64,000 bases of DNA from Thiobacillus sp. Lineage in GTDB: Bacteria; Pseudomonadota; Gammaproteobacteria; Burkholderiales; Thiobacillaceae. Positions 19,215 through 31,366 of the stretch are shown here, in pieces. Numbering within the stretch: position 1 is the stretch's first letter; every line of letters starts with the position of its first letter. Where the stretch lies: contig JBGAFQ010000002.1 in assembly GCA_044227195.1 (NCBI GenBank), forward strand, positions 7,375 to 71,374. Reading direction: 5' to 3'. The position numbers and the translations under genes are program-made. The notes under the pieces are model-generated. The model was not told the origin of the DNA, did no database searches, and worked only from the letters and a program-made list of their open reading frames with translations.

Positions 19215-20670
19215 TTCAGGTCCTCCGGACGGCGGACGTGCCAGTCGGTGGCGCGCTGGTACTGGTGGGCGACGTTGAGCATCTTCGCTTCGCTGAAATA
19301 ATCGCCGACCAGTTGCAGACCGATGGGCAGGTTCTGGCGGTCGAAGCCGCAGGGCAGGCTCATGCCGGGCAGGCCGGCGAGGTTGGCGGGAATGGTGTAG
19401 AGGTCGTTCAGATACATTTCGACCGGGTCGTCGGATTTCTCGCCGAGCCTGAACGCAGTGCCCGGCGCGGTGGGACCGAGGATCACATCGCAGACCTTGA
19501 AGGCTTCGGCGAAGTCGTGCGCGATGAGGCGGCGGATCTTCTGCGCCTGCAGGTAGTAGGCGTCGTAGTAGCCGTGGCTGAGCACGTAGGCGCCGATCAG
19601 GATGCGGCGCTTGACCTCGGCGCCGAAGCCCTGCGCGCGCGTCTTGGCGTACATGTCGTTGAGGTCGGTGTACTCCGGCGCGCGGTAGCCATAGCGCACG
19701 CCGTCGAAACGCGACAGGTTGGACGAGGCTTCGGCCGGCGCGAGCACGTAGTAGACGGGGATCGCCAGCCCGGCGTTGGCGAGCGAGACCTCGACGGTCG
19801 TCGCGCCGAGCTTCTTCAATTCGGTGACGGCGGCTTCGACGGCGGCGGTGACTTCGGCGTTCAGGCCTTCGGCGAAGAATTCCTTCGGCAGGCCGACGCG
19901 CAGGCCGGCCAGCGGCCGGTCGAGGTCGCGCGCGTAGTCTTCCTTGTCGCGTTCCAGGCTGGTCGAGTCGTTCGGGTCGAAGCCGGTCATCACGTTGAGC
20001 AGCAGCGCGCAGTCTTCCGCCGATTTCGCCATCGGTCCCGCCTGGTCGAGGCTGGAGGCGAAGGCGATCATGCCGTAGCGCGACACCAGGCCGTAGGTGG
20101 GCTTGAGGCCGGTGATGCCGGTAAACGCCGCCGGCTGGCGGATCGAGCCGCCGGTATCGGTGCCGGTGGCGGCGGGCGCCATGCGCGCGGCGATGCAGGC
20201 GGCCGCGCCGCCCGAGGAGCCGCCGGGTACGCGCAAGGGGTCCCAGGGGTTCTTCACCGGGCCGAAGAAGGAGGTCTCGTTCGACGAGCCCATGGCGAAC
20301 TCGTCCATGTTGGTCTTGCCGAGACTCGGCATCCCGGCGGCCTTGAAGCGCTGGATGACGTGGGCGTCGTAGGGCGCGACGAAATTGGACAGCATCTTCG
20401 AGCCGCAGGTGGTGAGCCAGCCTTCGGTGCAGAAGATGTCCTTGTGCGCGATCGGCACGCCGGTCAGCGGGCCGGCCTGGCCGGCGGCGATCAGGGCGTC
20501 GGCGGCAGCGGCTTCGGCCAGGGTTTTTTCGGCGTTCACCGTGACGAAGGCGTTGATTGCCGGGTTCAGCGCGGCGATGCGGTCGAGAAAGTGCTGCGCC
20601 AGTTCGCGGCTGCTCAGCTGTTTTCCGGCCAGTCGCGCGGCCAGCGTCGAGAGGGATGATTCGGCGAGGC

Positions 20671-20674
<4 letters not shown>
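19211..20674 (-). CDS. gatA: Asp/Glu-tRNA amidotransferase subunit A
   Basis: [32 protein letters not shown]. Confidence 0.97.
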
Positions 20675-22102
<1,428 letters not shown>

Positions 22103-22130
22103 ATGCCGCCGCTGCTGACTGGCGTTTCTG

Positions 22131-22979
22131 ATGGCCATGCCCGGTCAGCTCATGTTCGCCCGCCGGCTGGGGCCGACGGGACGGCTCGCGATCTGGATGG
22201 CGGTCGGCATCGCCTGCGTGGTGCTGGACGCGCGTTACCGGGCGATGGACGAACTGCGCGGCGGGCTTGCCGCGCTGCTCCAGCCGGTGCGCGTGGCCTT
22301 GCGTGCGCCGGCCGACGTTGCCGCCGAGCTCGGCGGGTTTTTCACCCGCCATCGACTGCTGCAGAATGAGCGCGACACCCTGCTGGCCGAGCGGGCGCGA
22401 CTGCGGATCGACGCCGGCAAGGCGCAGGATCTGGCGCGCGAAAATGCCGAGCTGCGTGCGCTGCTCGCCGTGCGTGCGCGGCCGGGCCAGCAGACTGTGC
22501 ACGCGGCGCTCCTGTATCAGGGCCACGACTGGTTCGCCCAGCGCATCACGCTCGACCAGGGCGCGACGGCGGGCCTGGCGAGCGGACTGCCGGTGGTCGA
22601 CGCAGCCGGCCTGATGGGGCAGTTGAGCCGCGTCTACGCGGGAACGAGCGAAGTCACGCTGGTGACCAGCCCGGAACAGCTGACGCCGGTGTATATCGAG
22701 CGTACCGGCCAGCGCGGACTTGCCGCCGGCGTCGGCCACGGCCGGCTCGAGTTGCGCTACATGCCGACGCAGACCGACGTGCGCGTCGGCGACCGCCTCC
22801 TCACCTCCGGCATCGACCTTGTCTATCCCGCCGCGCTGCCGGTGGCGCGCGTCAGCCGCATCTCCCGTTCGCAGTCCAGCCCCTATCTGCGCTTGGACTG
22901 CCTGCCGCTCGCCGGCCTGGATCGTGCGCGCGCCGTGCTGGTGTTGAGGACGCAATCGTCGCAGGGAGCGCAGCGGTGA
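22131..22979 (+). CDS. mreC: Rod shape-determining protein MreC
   Basis: TM helix, coiled coil (ENAELRALL), VGDRLLTSG; follows mreB. Confidence 0.9.
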   Translation: MAMPGQLMFARRLGPTGRLAIWMAVGIACVVLDARYRAMDELRGGLAALLQPVRVALRAPADVAAELGGFFTRHRLLQNERDTLLAERARLRIDAGKAQDLARENAELRALLAVRARPGQQTVHAALLYQGHDWFAQRITLDQGATAGLASGLPVVDAAGLMGQLSRVYAGTSEVTLVTSPEQLTPVYIERTGQRGLAAGVGHGRLELRYMPTQTDVRVGDRLLTSGIDLVYPAALPVARVSRISRSQSSPYLRLDCLPLAGLDRARAVLVLRTQSSQGAQR

Positions 22980-23476
22980 GCGTGGACACCCGCGAAACCG
23001 GAAGCTGGCGCCGCATCCTCGGCACGCTGGCGCTCGCGGTGCTGCTCACGCAGTTGCCGTGGGGCGGCTGGGCGCTCATCCTGCGCCCCGATTTCATGCT
23101 GGTTGCCGTCCTGTTCTGGGTCTTGCACCAGCCCGCGCGCATCGGCTTCGGTACCGCATTCGTGCTGGGGCTGCTGGCCGATTTCCAGGACGGCGCGGTG
23201 TTCGGCCAGCATGCCATCGCGTACGTCGTCGGCGTGTACATGGTGCTGTTCCTGCGGCTGCGCCTGCTGCGGTTCGACCCCCTGCGGCAGGCGGCGCAAC
23301 TCTTCCCCATCCTGCTTCTCGTGCAGCTGACGGTGATGCTGATCGGCTGGCTGGCGGTCCATCCGCCGGAGGGGCTGGCGATCCTGCTGCCGGTGCCGGT
23401 CAGCACCGCGTTGTGGTTCGGCATCGCGCTGTTCCAGCGCGCCTGGCACGGCAAGGGGCTGCGGGACAGCGAATGA
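22976..23476 (+). CDS. mreD: Rod shape-determining protein MreD
   Basis: RPDFMLVAVLFW, GLLAD..G...GQHA; synteny. Confidence 0.9.
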   Translation: MSVDTRETGSWRRILGTLALAVLLTQLPWGGWALILRPDFMLVAVLFWVLHQPARIGFGTAFVLGLLADFQDGAVFGQHAIAYVVGVYMVLFLRLRLLRFDPLRQAAQLFPILLLVQLTVMLIGWLAVHPPEGLAILLPVPVSTALWFGIALFQRAWHGKGLRDSE

Positions 23477-25365
23477 GTCGCGCCACCCCGCTCAAGAACC
23501 TCGACCGCGAGCTGGCCCGTTTCCATGGTCGCCTGAAAGCCGGTGCGGTCTTCGTCGCGTTGCTGGCGGCGGCCTTGCTCGGGCGCGGTTTCTATTTGCA
23601 GATCGTGCAGCACGACTATTACATCCAGCGCGCCGAGAGCAACCGCATCTCGCTGGTGCCGGCGGCGCCGAACCGCGGCCTGATCCTGGACCGCAAGGGA
23701 CGCATCCTGGCGGAGAACTATTCCGCCTACACGCTCGAACTGACGCGCGCGCAGACGCACGATATCGAGGAAACGCTGGCCGAGGTGGGCAAGCTGATCG
23801 AGATCACGCCCGGCCAGTTGCGGCGTTTCCGCCGCCTGCTGGCCGAATCGCACGAGTTCGAGACCGTGCCGCTGAAGAGCAAGCTGACCGACCGGGAGGT
23901 GGCGATCCTCGCGGCCAACCGCTATCGCCTGCCCGGCATCGAGGTGAAGGCGCGACTGTTCCGCAATTACCAGGCTGGGCCCGGAATGGCGCACGTGGTG
24001 GGTTTCATCGGCCGCATCAACGACCGAGACCTGAAGACGCTGCGCGCAAGCGGGCGCGAGCAGAACTACAAGGGCAGTGTGCACATCGGCAAGACCGGGC
24101 TGGAGCAGAGCTACGAAACCCTGCTGCACGGCCGCACCGGCTTCGACCAGATGGAAACCGACGCCAGCGGGCGCGCGGTGCGCATGCTGTCGCGCATTCC
24201 GCCGGTACCGGGCAAGGATCTGCGACTGTATCTCGACCTCGACCTGCAGGCGGTGGCGGAACACGCCTTTGGCGATTATCGGGGCGGGCTGGTGGCGCTC
24301 GACCCGAAAACCGGCGGGGTACTGGCGCTGGTGTCCAAGCCGGGCTTCGACCCCAACCTGTTCATCGACGGCATCGATCCGGAGGCCTGGAAGGCGCTCA
24401 ACGATTCGCCCGAGCGGCCGATGGTCAATCGCGCGCTGCGCGGCATCTACCCGCCGGGTTCGACGATCAAGCCGCTGATGGCGCTGGCGGGGCTGGAACT
24501 GGGCGTGCGCAAGCCTTCGGACACGATCGTCGATCCCGGGTTTTACAGCCTGCCCAACAGCCGCCACCAGTACCGCGACTGGAAAAAGGGCGGCCACGGC
24601 GTGGTCGACCTGCGCAAGTCGATCGCGCAGTCCTGCGACACCTACTATTACCGTCTGGCGGTGGACATGGGCATCGACCGCATGCACGACTACCTGGCGA
24701 AGTTCGGCTTCGGGGAAAAATCCGGCATTGACCTCGACGGCGAGTCCCCGGGCCTGCTGCCGTCGCGCGACTGGAAACAGCGGCGCTGGAAGAAACCCTG
24801 GTACATGGGCGAGACGGTGATCGCCGGCATCGGCCAGGGCTACCATCTGACCACGCCGCTGCAACTGGCTACGGCGGTGGCGATGCTCGCCAACGGCGGC
24901 AAGCGCATCGAGCCGAGGCTGGTCGAGGCGGTGCGCGATCCGCTTACCCACGTGTGGCAAGTGCAGGCGCCGGTGATACGCGGGCAGGTTGCGATCAAAC
25001 CCGAGAATCTCGCGGTGGTGCGCGAGGGCATGATGGACGTGATGCGGCCGGGTGGCACCGCGTCCGCGGCTGCGGCAGGCGCGCCCTACGCCATTGCCGG
25101 CAAGACGGGCACCGCCCAGGTGGTCGGGATCAAGCAGGGGGCGCGTTACGAAGAAGGCAAGCTGGCGCAGCATCACCGCGACCACGCCCTGTTCATCGCC
25201 TACGCACCGGCCGACGACCCGAAAATCGCCATCGCGGTGCTGGTCGAAAACGGCGGCCATGGCGGTTCCACCGCCGCACCCATCGCGCGCGCGGTGTTCG
25301 ACTATTACCTCACCGGGAAGCGCCCCGGCTCGATGAAACTGGAGGCTGACGATGCCGCGGACTGA
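23473..25365 (+). CDS. mrdA: Penicillin-binding protein 2
   Basis: PPGSTIKP (SxxK), SCD, KTGTAQ all intact. Confidence 0.95.
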   Translation: MSRATPLKNLDRELARFHGRLKAGAVFVALLAAALLGRGFYLQIVQHDYYIQRAESNRISLVPAAPNRGLILDRKGRILAENYSAYTLELTRAQTHDIEETLAEVGKLIEITPGQLRRFRRLLAESHEFETVPLKSKLTDREVAILAANRYRLPGIEVKARLFRNYQAGPGMAHVVGFIGRINDRDLKTLRASGREQNYKGSVHIGKTGLEQSYETLLHGRTGFDQMETDASGRAVRMLSRIPPVPGKDLRLYLDLDLQAVAEHAFGDYRGGLVALDPKTGGVLALVSKPGFDPNLFIDGIDPEAWKALNDSPERPMVNRALRGIYPPGSTIKPLMALAGLELGVRKPSDTIVDPGFYSLPNSRHQYRDWKKGGHGVVDLRKSIAQSCDTYYYRLAVDMGIDRMHDYLAKFGFGEKSGIDLDGESPGLLPSRDWKQRRWKKPWYMGETVIAGIGQGYHLTTPLQLATAVAMLANGGKRIEPRLVEAVRDPLTHVWQVQAPVIRGQVAIKPENLAVVREGMMDVMRPGGTASAAAAGAPYAIAGKTGTAQVVGIKQGARYEEGKLAQHHRDHALFIAYAPADDPKIAIAVLVENGGHGGSTAAPIARAVFDYYLTGKRPGSMKLEADDAAD

Positions 25366-26452
25366 TCGCGGGATCCTGCGCGGGCTGCGCCACCTGGATC
25401 CCCTCCTGCTGGTGCTGGTGCTGGCGGTGCTGGCCATCAGCGTGGCGGTGGTGGCCAGCGCCTCGGGCCAGAGCCCGGCGCGCATCAGCGGCCACCTCGT
25501 CAACATCGGACTGGCCCTGACGCTCATGGTCGTCATGGCCAACGTGCCGCCGCATCTGCTGTCCAAGGTGGGACCGCCGCTGTATGCGCTCGGCGTGGTG
25601 CTGCTGGTCGGCGTGGCCCTGTTCGGCGAAATCCGCAACGGCTCGCGGCGCTGGCTGGATTTCGGCGTGATGGCCTTCCAGCCTTCGGAACTGCTCAAGC
25701 TGGCGCTGCCGCTGATGCTGGCCTGGTATTTCCAGCGCAACGAGGCCCAGTTGAACGCGAAGCATTTTCTGGCGGCGGGCGCCCTGCTGCTGGTGCCCTT
25801 CCTGCTGATCCTGCGCCAGCCCGATCTGGGCACCGCGCTGCTGATCGGCGCCTCGGGTTTCTATCTGCTGTTTTTCGCCGGCCTGTCGTGGAAGGTGATC
25901 CTCGCCGGCGGCGTCGCTCTGGGCGCCAGTCTGCCAGTGGCGTGGCGGTTCATGCACGATTACCAGCAGCAGCGCGTGCTGACGCTGCTCGACCCGTCCT
26001 CCGATCCGCTGGGCGCGGGCTACCACATCATCCAGTCGACCATCGCCATTGGTTCGGGTGGCCTGTTCGGCAAGGGCTGGATGGAGGGGACGCAGAACCA
26101 GCTAGACTTCATCCCCGAGCGCACAACCGATTTCATCTTCGCCGTGTTCGGCGAGGAATTCGGCTATGTCGGTGCGATCCTGCTGCTGGCGCTGTACCTT
26201 GCCATCGTCGCGCGCGGGCTGGCCATCGCGGCGCGTGCGCCGACGCAGTTCGGCCGCCTGATGGCGGCGACGATTTCGCTCAACCTGTTCACCTACGTGT
26301 TCGTCAACATGGGCATGGTCTCGGGCATCCTGCCCGTGGTGGGCGTGCCGCTGCCGCTGATGAGCTACGGCGGCACCGCGCTCATCACCCTGCTGCTGGG
26401 CGTGGGCATCCTGATGAGCGTGGCGACGCATCGCCAGCTCAACAAAACCTGA
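25352..26452 (+). CDS. rodA: Rod shape-determining protein RodA
   Basis: FQPSELLK, QPDLGT, PERTTDFIF, SYGG. Confidence 0.95.
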   Translation: MPRTDRGILRGLRHLDPLLLVLVLAVLAISVAVVASASGQSPARISGHLVNIGLALTLMVVMANVPPHLLSKVGPPLYALGVVLLVGVALFGEIRNGSRRWLDFGVMAFQPSELLKLALPLMLAWYFQRNEAQLNAKHFLAAGALLLVPFLLILRQPDLGTALLIGASGFYLLFFAGLSWKVILAGGVALGASLPVAWRFMHDYQQQRVLTLLDPSSDPLGAGYHIIQSTIAIGSGGLFGKGWMEGTQNQLDFIPERTTDFIFAVFGEEFGYVGAILLLALYLAIVARGLAIAARAPTQFGRLMAATISLNLFTYVFVNMGMVSGILPVVGVPLPLMSYGGTALITLLLGVGILMSVATHRQLNKT

Positions 26453-26469
26453 CAGGCTAAAATGGCGAC

Positions 26470-27306
26470 ATGAAGCATTTTGTCCTACTGGGTGCGCTGA
26501 TGCTCGCCGCGTGCGGCGTCAATCCCCCCGCACCGTCCAAGCCCGCCACGTCCGCCAGGCAGGCGCCGCCCGCCGCCACGGCGAAAGGCGGCGGCTACTA
26601 TCTCGACGACGGTCCCGAGGCCAATCCGCCGGCCAATCTGGAAGCAGTGCCCGATGCCGTCCCGCGCGACGAACCGCTGCACCGCTTCGCCAACCGGACC
26701 TATGTGGCGCTCGGCACCACCTACACGCCGCAGACCGAACGCGGCACGTATACGGAAGAAGGCCTGGCGTCATGGTACGGCCGCCGTTTCCACGGCAAGA
26801 AAACCGCCTCGGGCGAGCTGTACGACATGTACGCGATGACTGCCGCGCACCCCACCCTGCCGATTCCCAGCTATGCACGCGTCACCTCGCTCGGTACCGG
26901 CAAGTCCGTGGTCGTGCGCATCAACGACCGTGGGCCCTTCCACAGCAGCCGCATCATCGACCTGTCCTACACGGCCGCCTACAAGCTGGGATTTCTGGGA
27001 AGCGGCAGCACGCGCGTGCGCGTGGAAAGCCTCGATCCTGCCGCGTACGACACGCAGGGTACGGCCCTGCGCGAAGGCATCTACCTCCAGGTTGGCGCCT
27101 TCGCGCGCGAGGACAATGCGCGCGCCCTGCTGGAGCGGCTGAATCGTGCGCTCGACCTGGGGGACGAACAGTCGCGCGTGGTGCTGGCAGGCGCGCTGCA
27201 TCGTGTGCAGTTGGGTCCGTATCCCAGCGACGATGCGGCGCGCGCCGATCGTGAACGGGTGCGGGAACGCCTCGACCTGAACGCGGTCCTGGTCAGACGC
27301 GATTGA
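26470..27306 (+). CDS. rlpA: Septal lytic transglycosylase RlpA (DPBB + SPOR)
   Basis: Lipobox LAAC, ASWYG, TAAHPTLP, RINDRGPF, LQVGAF SPOR domain. Confidence 0.93.
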   Translation: MKHFVLLGALMLAACGVNPPAPSKPATSARQAPPAATAKGGGYYLDDGPEANPPANLEAVPDAVPRDEPLHRFANRTYVALGTTYTPQTERGTYTEEGLASWYGRRFHGKKTASGELYDMYAMTAAHPTLPIPSYARVTSLGTGKSVVVRINDRGPFHSSRIIDLSYTAAYKLGFLGSGSTRVRVESLDPAAYDTQGTALREGIYLQVGAFAREDNARALLERLNRALDLGDEQSRVVLAGALHRVQLGPYPSDDAARADRERVRERLDLNAVLVRRD

Positions 27307-27325
27307 TCCGTTACGAAAGGTTTGC

Positions 27326-28441
27326 ATGAAACGATACTGGCTGGCGTTGTTGCTGGCGTTGTCCGCTCCGGCGTGGGGCACGCCGACAGGCGTGAGCGCA
27401 CGCGCCTGGGTGCTGATCGACCAGGCGAGCGGGCGCGAACTGGCCGCGCATCAGGCGGATCTGCCGCTGCCGCCCGCCTCGCTCGCGCAGCTGATGACGG
27501 CCTACGTGCTGCTGGGCGATCTAAAGAACGGCAAGCTCTCGCTCGCCGAGACGGTGAAGGTGCCCGAGACAGCGACCAAGGCCGACGGCGCCCGTGTCTT
27601 TCTCAAGGCCGGCGATCCGGCCAGCGTCGATACCCTCATCCAGGCCATGCTGGTCGAATCGGCGAGCGACGCGGTGCTGACCCTGGTGACGGCGACGGAC
27701 GGCGGCGAGGCGGACTTCGTCGAACGCATGAACCGCGAGGCCCGGCGGCTCGGCATGACGCGCACGCGCTTCGTGAACGCGACCGGGCTGCCCGCACCCG
27801 GACAGCAATCGAGCGCGCGCGATCTGGCCATCCTGGCGCGCGCCCTGATCCGCGATTTTCCCGATCGGCTGGCCTGGTTCGCGCAACGCGAGCTCGCCTA
27901 CAGCGGCCTCACCTACTACAACGGCAACCGCCTGCTGTGGCGCGACGCCACGGTGGACGGCCTGAAGGCGGGGCGTAGCGCGGAAGCCGGCTATTGCCTG
28001 ACCGCGTCGTCGAAGCGCGGCGACCAGCGCCGCATTGCCGTGGTCCTGGGCGTGCGCGGCGACGCGCAGCGCACGCAGGACGCGTTGAAGCTGCTCAACT
28101 ACGGTTTCGAGAATTTCGACAGTGCGCTGCTTTATCGCGCCCAGCAGCCCGTCAAGGTGGTGAAGCTGTATCGTGGCGCGCGTTCCACGGTGAGCCTCGG
28201 TTTCCTGCAGGACTTCCACCTGCTGGCGCCGCGCGGGTCGCTCGGCCGGATCAAGGCCGAGATCGTGACGCGCCAGCCGGTGGTGGCGCCGATCAGCCGC
28301 GGCCAGCAGCTCGGCACGCTGCGGCTGAAACTGGACGACCAGATTCTCGGCGAATACCCGCTGGTGGCCCTGCACGACGTGAGTGTGGCCGGCGTGCTCG
28401 GGCGCGGCTGGGATTCGATCCGGCTGATGTTCGCACGATGA
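27326..28441 (+). CDS. D-alanyl-D-alanine carboxypeptidase homologue (PBP5/6) with degenerate active site
   Basis: S11 family layout and dacA position, but the motifs read S52-L-A-Q55, S112-A-S114 and K214-A-G. Confidence 0.85.
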   Translation: MKRYWLALLLALSAPAWGTPTGVSARAWVLIDQASGRELAAHQADLPLPPASLAQLMTAYVLLGDLKNGKLSLAETVKVPETATKADGARVFLKAGDPASVDTLIQAMLVESASDAVLTLVTATDGGEADFVERMNREARRLGMTRTRFVNATGLPAPGQQSSARDLAILARALIRDFPDRLAWFAQRELAYSGLTYYNGNRLLWRDATVDGLKAGRSAEAGYCLTASSKRGDQRRIAVVLGVRGDAQRTQDALKLLNYGFENFDSALLYRAQQPVKVVKLYRGARSTVSLGFLQDFHLLAPRGSLGRIKAEIVTRQPVVAPISRGQQLGTLRLKLDDQILGEYPLVALHDVSVAGVLGRGWDSIRLMFAR

Positions 28442-29301
28442 TCGCCTGGCTGAACGGCAACTTCATTCCGCTTGCCGAGGCGCGCGTGTCCGTGCTCGAC
28501 CGTGGCTTCGTGTTCGGCGACGGCGTGTACGAGATCGTGCCGGTGTATTCGAAGCGGCCGTTCCGGCTGGACGAGCACCTGCGTCGCTTGCAACACAGCC
28601 TGGATGGCATCCGGCTCGCCAATCCGCATGGCGTCGACGTCTGGCGCGGCTTGATTCTCGATCTGATCGCGCGCCAGGATTTCCCGGACCAGTCGCTCTA
28701 CATCCAGGTCACGCGCGGGACGCCGGATCAAACCCAGCCGCCGCGCGACCATGCGTTTCCCCGGGGGGTCGCGCCCACGGTGTTCCTGTACGCGCAGCCG
28801 TTGGTGACCGCGACGACGGAACAGAAAGCCGCCGGCGTGGGCGCGATCACCGCCCCCGATCCGCGCTGGCAGCATTGCGACATCAAGGCGATCTCGCTGC
28901 TGGCCAACGTGCTGATGCGGCAGCGGGCGGTGGACGCGGGTTGCGCCGAGACGGTGATGCTGCGCGACGGCTTCCTCGCAGAAGGCGCGGCGAGCAACAT
29001 CTTCGTGGTGCAGGACGGGGTCTTGCTAACGCCGCCGCCGTCCCCACATATGCTCGCGGGCATCACCTACGACGTGGTGCTCGAACTGGCCGCCGCGCAC
29101 GGTATTCCCCGTGAAGTGCGCCCCGTGACCGAAGCCGAGCTGCGCGCCGCCGACGAACTGTGGATGACCTCGTCGACCCGGGAAATCATGGCGATCGTGA
29201 CGCTCGACGGCGCCCCCGTCGGGGCCGGCGTCCCGGGGCCGGTGGCACGCCGGATGGATAGGCTGTACCAGCAATTCAAACAGGACGTGATGCGCGCATG
29301 A
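28438..29301 (+). CDS. dat: D-amino acid aminotransferase (PLP fold IV)
   Basis: [31 protein letters not shown]. Confidence 0.9.
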   Translation: MIAWLNGNFIPLAEARVSVLDRGFVFGDGVYEIVPVYSKRPFRLDEHLRRLQHSLDGIRLANPHGVDVWRGLILDLIARQDFPDQSLYIQVTRGTPDQTQPPRDHAFPRGVAPTVFLYAQPLVTATTEQKAAGVGAITAPDPRWQHCDIKAISLLANVLMRQRAVDAGCAETVMLRDGFLAEGAASNIFVVQDGVLLTPPPSPHMLAGITYDVVLELAAAHGIPREVRPVTEAELRAADELWMTSSTREIMAIVTLDGAPVGAGVPGPVARRMDRLYQQFKQDVMRA

Positions 29302-29564
29302 GCGAACAGGAAACCCTGCTGACCTTCCCGACCGACTTCCCCATCAAGATCATGGGCGAACGGCGCGACGACTTCGCCCAGACCATGGTCGAGGTCGTGC
29401 GGCGTCACGCGCCGGATTTCCAGCCCGAGACGGTCGAGATGCGCGCTTCGTCGAGCGGAAACTATCTCTCGGTGACCTGCGTGGTGCGCGCCACCTCGAA
29501 AGACCAGCTCGACAACCTGTACCGCGAGATCACTGCGCATCCGTGGGTGAAGATGGCGCTCTAG
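29298..29564 (+). CDS. ybeD: YbeD/DUF493 protein
   Basis: [24 protein letters not shown]; synteny before lipB. Confidence 0.9.
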   Translation: MSEQETLLTFPTDFPIKIMGERRDDFAQTMVEVVRRHAPDFQPETVEMRASSSGNYLSVTCVVRATSKDQLDNLYREITAHPWVKMAL

Positions 29565-29587
29565 TGGTGAACGGCGAGCAGCAAGCA

Positions 29588-30196
29588 GTGAGCGGTGGGC
29601 TGATCGTGCGGCATCTGGGGCGCGTCGCGTACGAACCGACCTGGCGGGCGATGCAGGACTTCACCGCGCGGCGCGATGCCGACACGCCGGACGAACTCTG
29701 GCTGCTGGAGCATCCGCCGGTCTACACCCAGGGGCAGGCGGGCAAGCCGGAACACCTGATTGCGCCGACCGCCATCCCCGTGCTGCCCATCGACCGCGGC
29801 GGGCAGATCACCTACCACGGGCCGGGACAGGTCGTGGCCTATCTGCTGATCGATCTGCGGCGGCGCGGCTACGGCATCCGCGAGCTGGTGACGCGCATGG
29901 AGCAGGCGGTGATCAACCTGCTGGCACGGCACGGCGTCGCCGCCGAGCGCATGGCCGGCGCGCCCGGCGTCTACGTCGCCGGTGCGAAAATCGCCGCACT
30001 GGGGCTGCGGGTGAAGCGCGGTTGCACGTATCATGGTCTTGCGCTCAACGTGGATATGGACCTGGGCCCGTTCGCGGCGATCAATCCCTGCGGCTATCCC
30101 GGCATGGCGGTCACGCAGTGCCGCACTCTGGGCGTGGCTTTGTCGATGCCGCAGGCGGAGCAGGCGCTTACTGTTGCGCTGCAGGCAGCGTTATAG
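29588..30196 (+). CDS. lipB: Octanoyltransferase
   Basis: [31 protein letters not shown]. Confidence 0.95.
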   Translation: MSGGLIVRHLGRVAYEPTWRAMQDFTARRDADTPDELWLLEHPPVYTQGQAGKPEHLIAPTAIPVLPIDRGGQITYHGPGQVVAYLLIDLRRRGYGIRELVTRMEQAVINLLARHGVAAERMAGAPGVYVAGAKIAALGLRVKRGCTYHGLALNVDMDLGPFAAINPCGYPGMAVTQCRTLGVALSMPQAEQALTVALQAAL

Positions 30197-30226
30197 TTGA
30201 CTAATTTACTAGGATATTAGTATCCT
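30193..30226 (+). promoter_or_regulatory. IscR type-1-like operator over a sigma70 promoter
   Basis: ATAGTTGACTAATTTACTAGGATAT (30193-30217) matches 22/25 positions of ATASYYGACTRWWWYAGTCRRSTAT. TTGACT 30197-30202, 18 nt, TATCCT 30221-30226. Confidence 0.72.
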
Positions 30227-30250
30227 TGCGGCTTCCCCTGGAGTGATTTC

Positions 30251-31366
30251 ATGAACACCGACACCCTGCCGTCCGACCCCAAGCTCCTGATGCGATCGAT
30301 CATCCAGCGCATCGCGACCGGTCCCGATCTTTCCAAGGACATCAGTCGCACCGAGGCGCATCTCGGCACCAAGGCGATCATCGAAAACATCATCGATCCG
30401 ATCCAGGTGGGCATCTACTTCATCGCCCTGCGCATGAAGCGCGAGACCATGGATGAGAACCGGGGCGTGCTTGACGCGGTGCTGGAGACCACGCAGCGCG
30501 TGACGGCCGCGGTGGACGAGGTGGTCGACATCGGCGATCCCTATGACGGTTACAACCGCTGCCTGCCGGCCGCGCCTTTCCTCGGCCCGCTGCTCGCCGA
30601 GTTCGGCGTGCACGTGGTGTCGCACGGTCTCGACAAGGTGGGGCCGAAATACGGCGTCACCGCGCGCCACGTGCTGGAAGCCGCCGGCGTGCCGGTGAAT
30701 CTCGCCCCGGCCGAAGCGGCTGCACGGCTGGCCGACCCGGCGATCGGCTGGACCTATCTCGATCAGGCGCAATCCAATCCCGGCCTGCACAACCTCACCC
30801 CGCTGCGCGCGCAGATGATCAAGCGCCAGGTGCTGACCACGGTGGAGGTGCTGTCCAAGCCCATCCAGGGCCGCAAGCAGACCCACTTCGTCACCGGCTA
30901 TGTGCACAAACCGTATCCGCCGGTGTACGCCGACCTCGCGCGCGAGGCCGGGTTCGACACCGCCTGCATCGTGCGCGGCGTCGAGGGCGGCGTGATCCCC
31001 AGCCTGCGCCAGGAGGGCAAGTACTTCCACTACCACGACCGTGGCGAAGAAATCGAGGCCAGGATCGATCCGGTCGCGCTGGGTATCGACCAGCCGGTGC
31101 GCGCCGTGCCGCTGCCCGGTTCGGTCGCGGGCGAAGCGGGCGAGGACGAGATCGTCGCCGCCATCGACATCCAGGCCACCGCGCGTGCCGCTGCCGAAGC
31201 CGGCATCCTCGCGCTCAAGGGCGACCGTGGGCCGACCTACGATTCGCTGGTGCTGGCCGGTTCGGTCATCCTGCACCATGTCGGCAAGGCGGCCAGCGTC
31301 GCCGAGGCCGCCGCGCAGATTCGCGCCGTACTCGACTCGGGCAAGGCCGTCTCGCGGGTGAAGTGA
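30251..31366 (+). CDS. Glycosyltransferase family 3 fold protein (TrpD/YbiB-like), probably not TrpD
   Basis: N-terminal helical domain (FIALRMKRET.DE) and TrpD-like core, but DIGDPYDGYNR in place of GTGGD and SHG in place of KHGN. Confidence 0.8.
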   Translation: MNTDTLPSDPKLLMRSIIQRIATGPDLSKDISRTEAHLGTKAIIENIIDPIQVGIYFIALRMKRETMDENRGVLDAVLETTQRVTAAVDEVVDIGDPYDGYNRCLPAAPFLGPLLAEFGVHVVSHGLDKVGPKYGVTARHVLEAAGVPVNLAPAEAAARLADPAIGWTYLDQAQSNPGLHNLTPLRAQMIKRQVLTTVEVLSKPIQGRKQTHFVTGYVHKPYPPVYADLAREAGFDTACIVRGVEGGVIPSLRQEGKYFHYHDRGEEIEARIDPVALGIDQPVRAVPLPGSVAGEAGEDEIVAAIDIQATARAAAEAGILALKGDRGPTYDSLVLAGSVILHHVGKAASVAEAAAQIRAVLDSGKAVSRVK

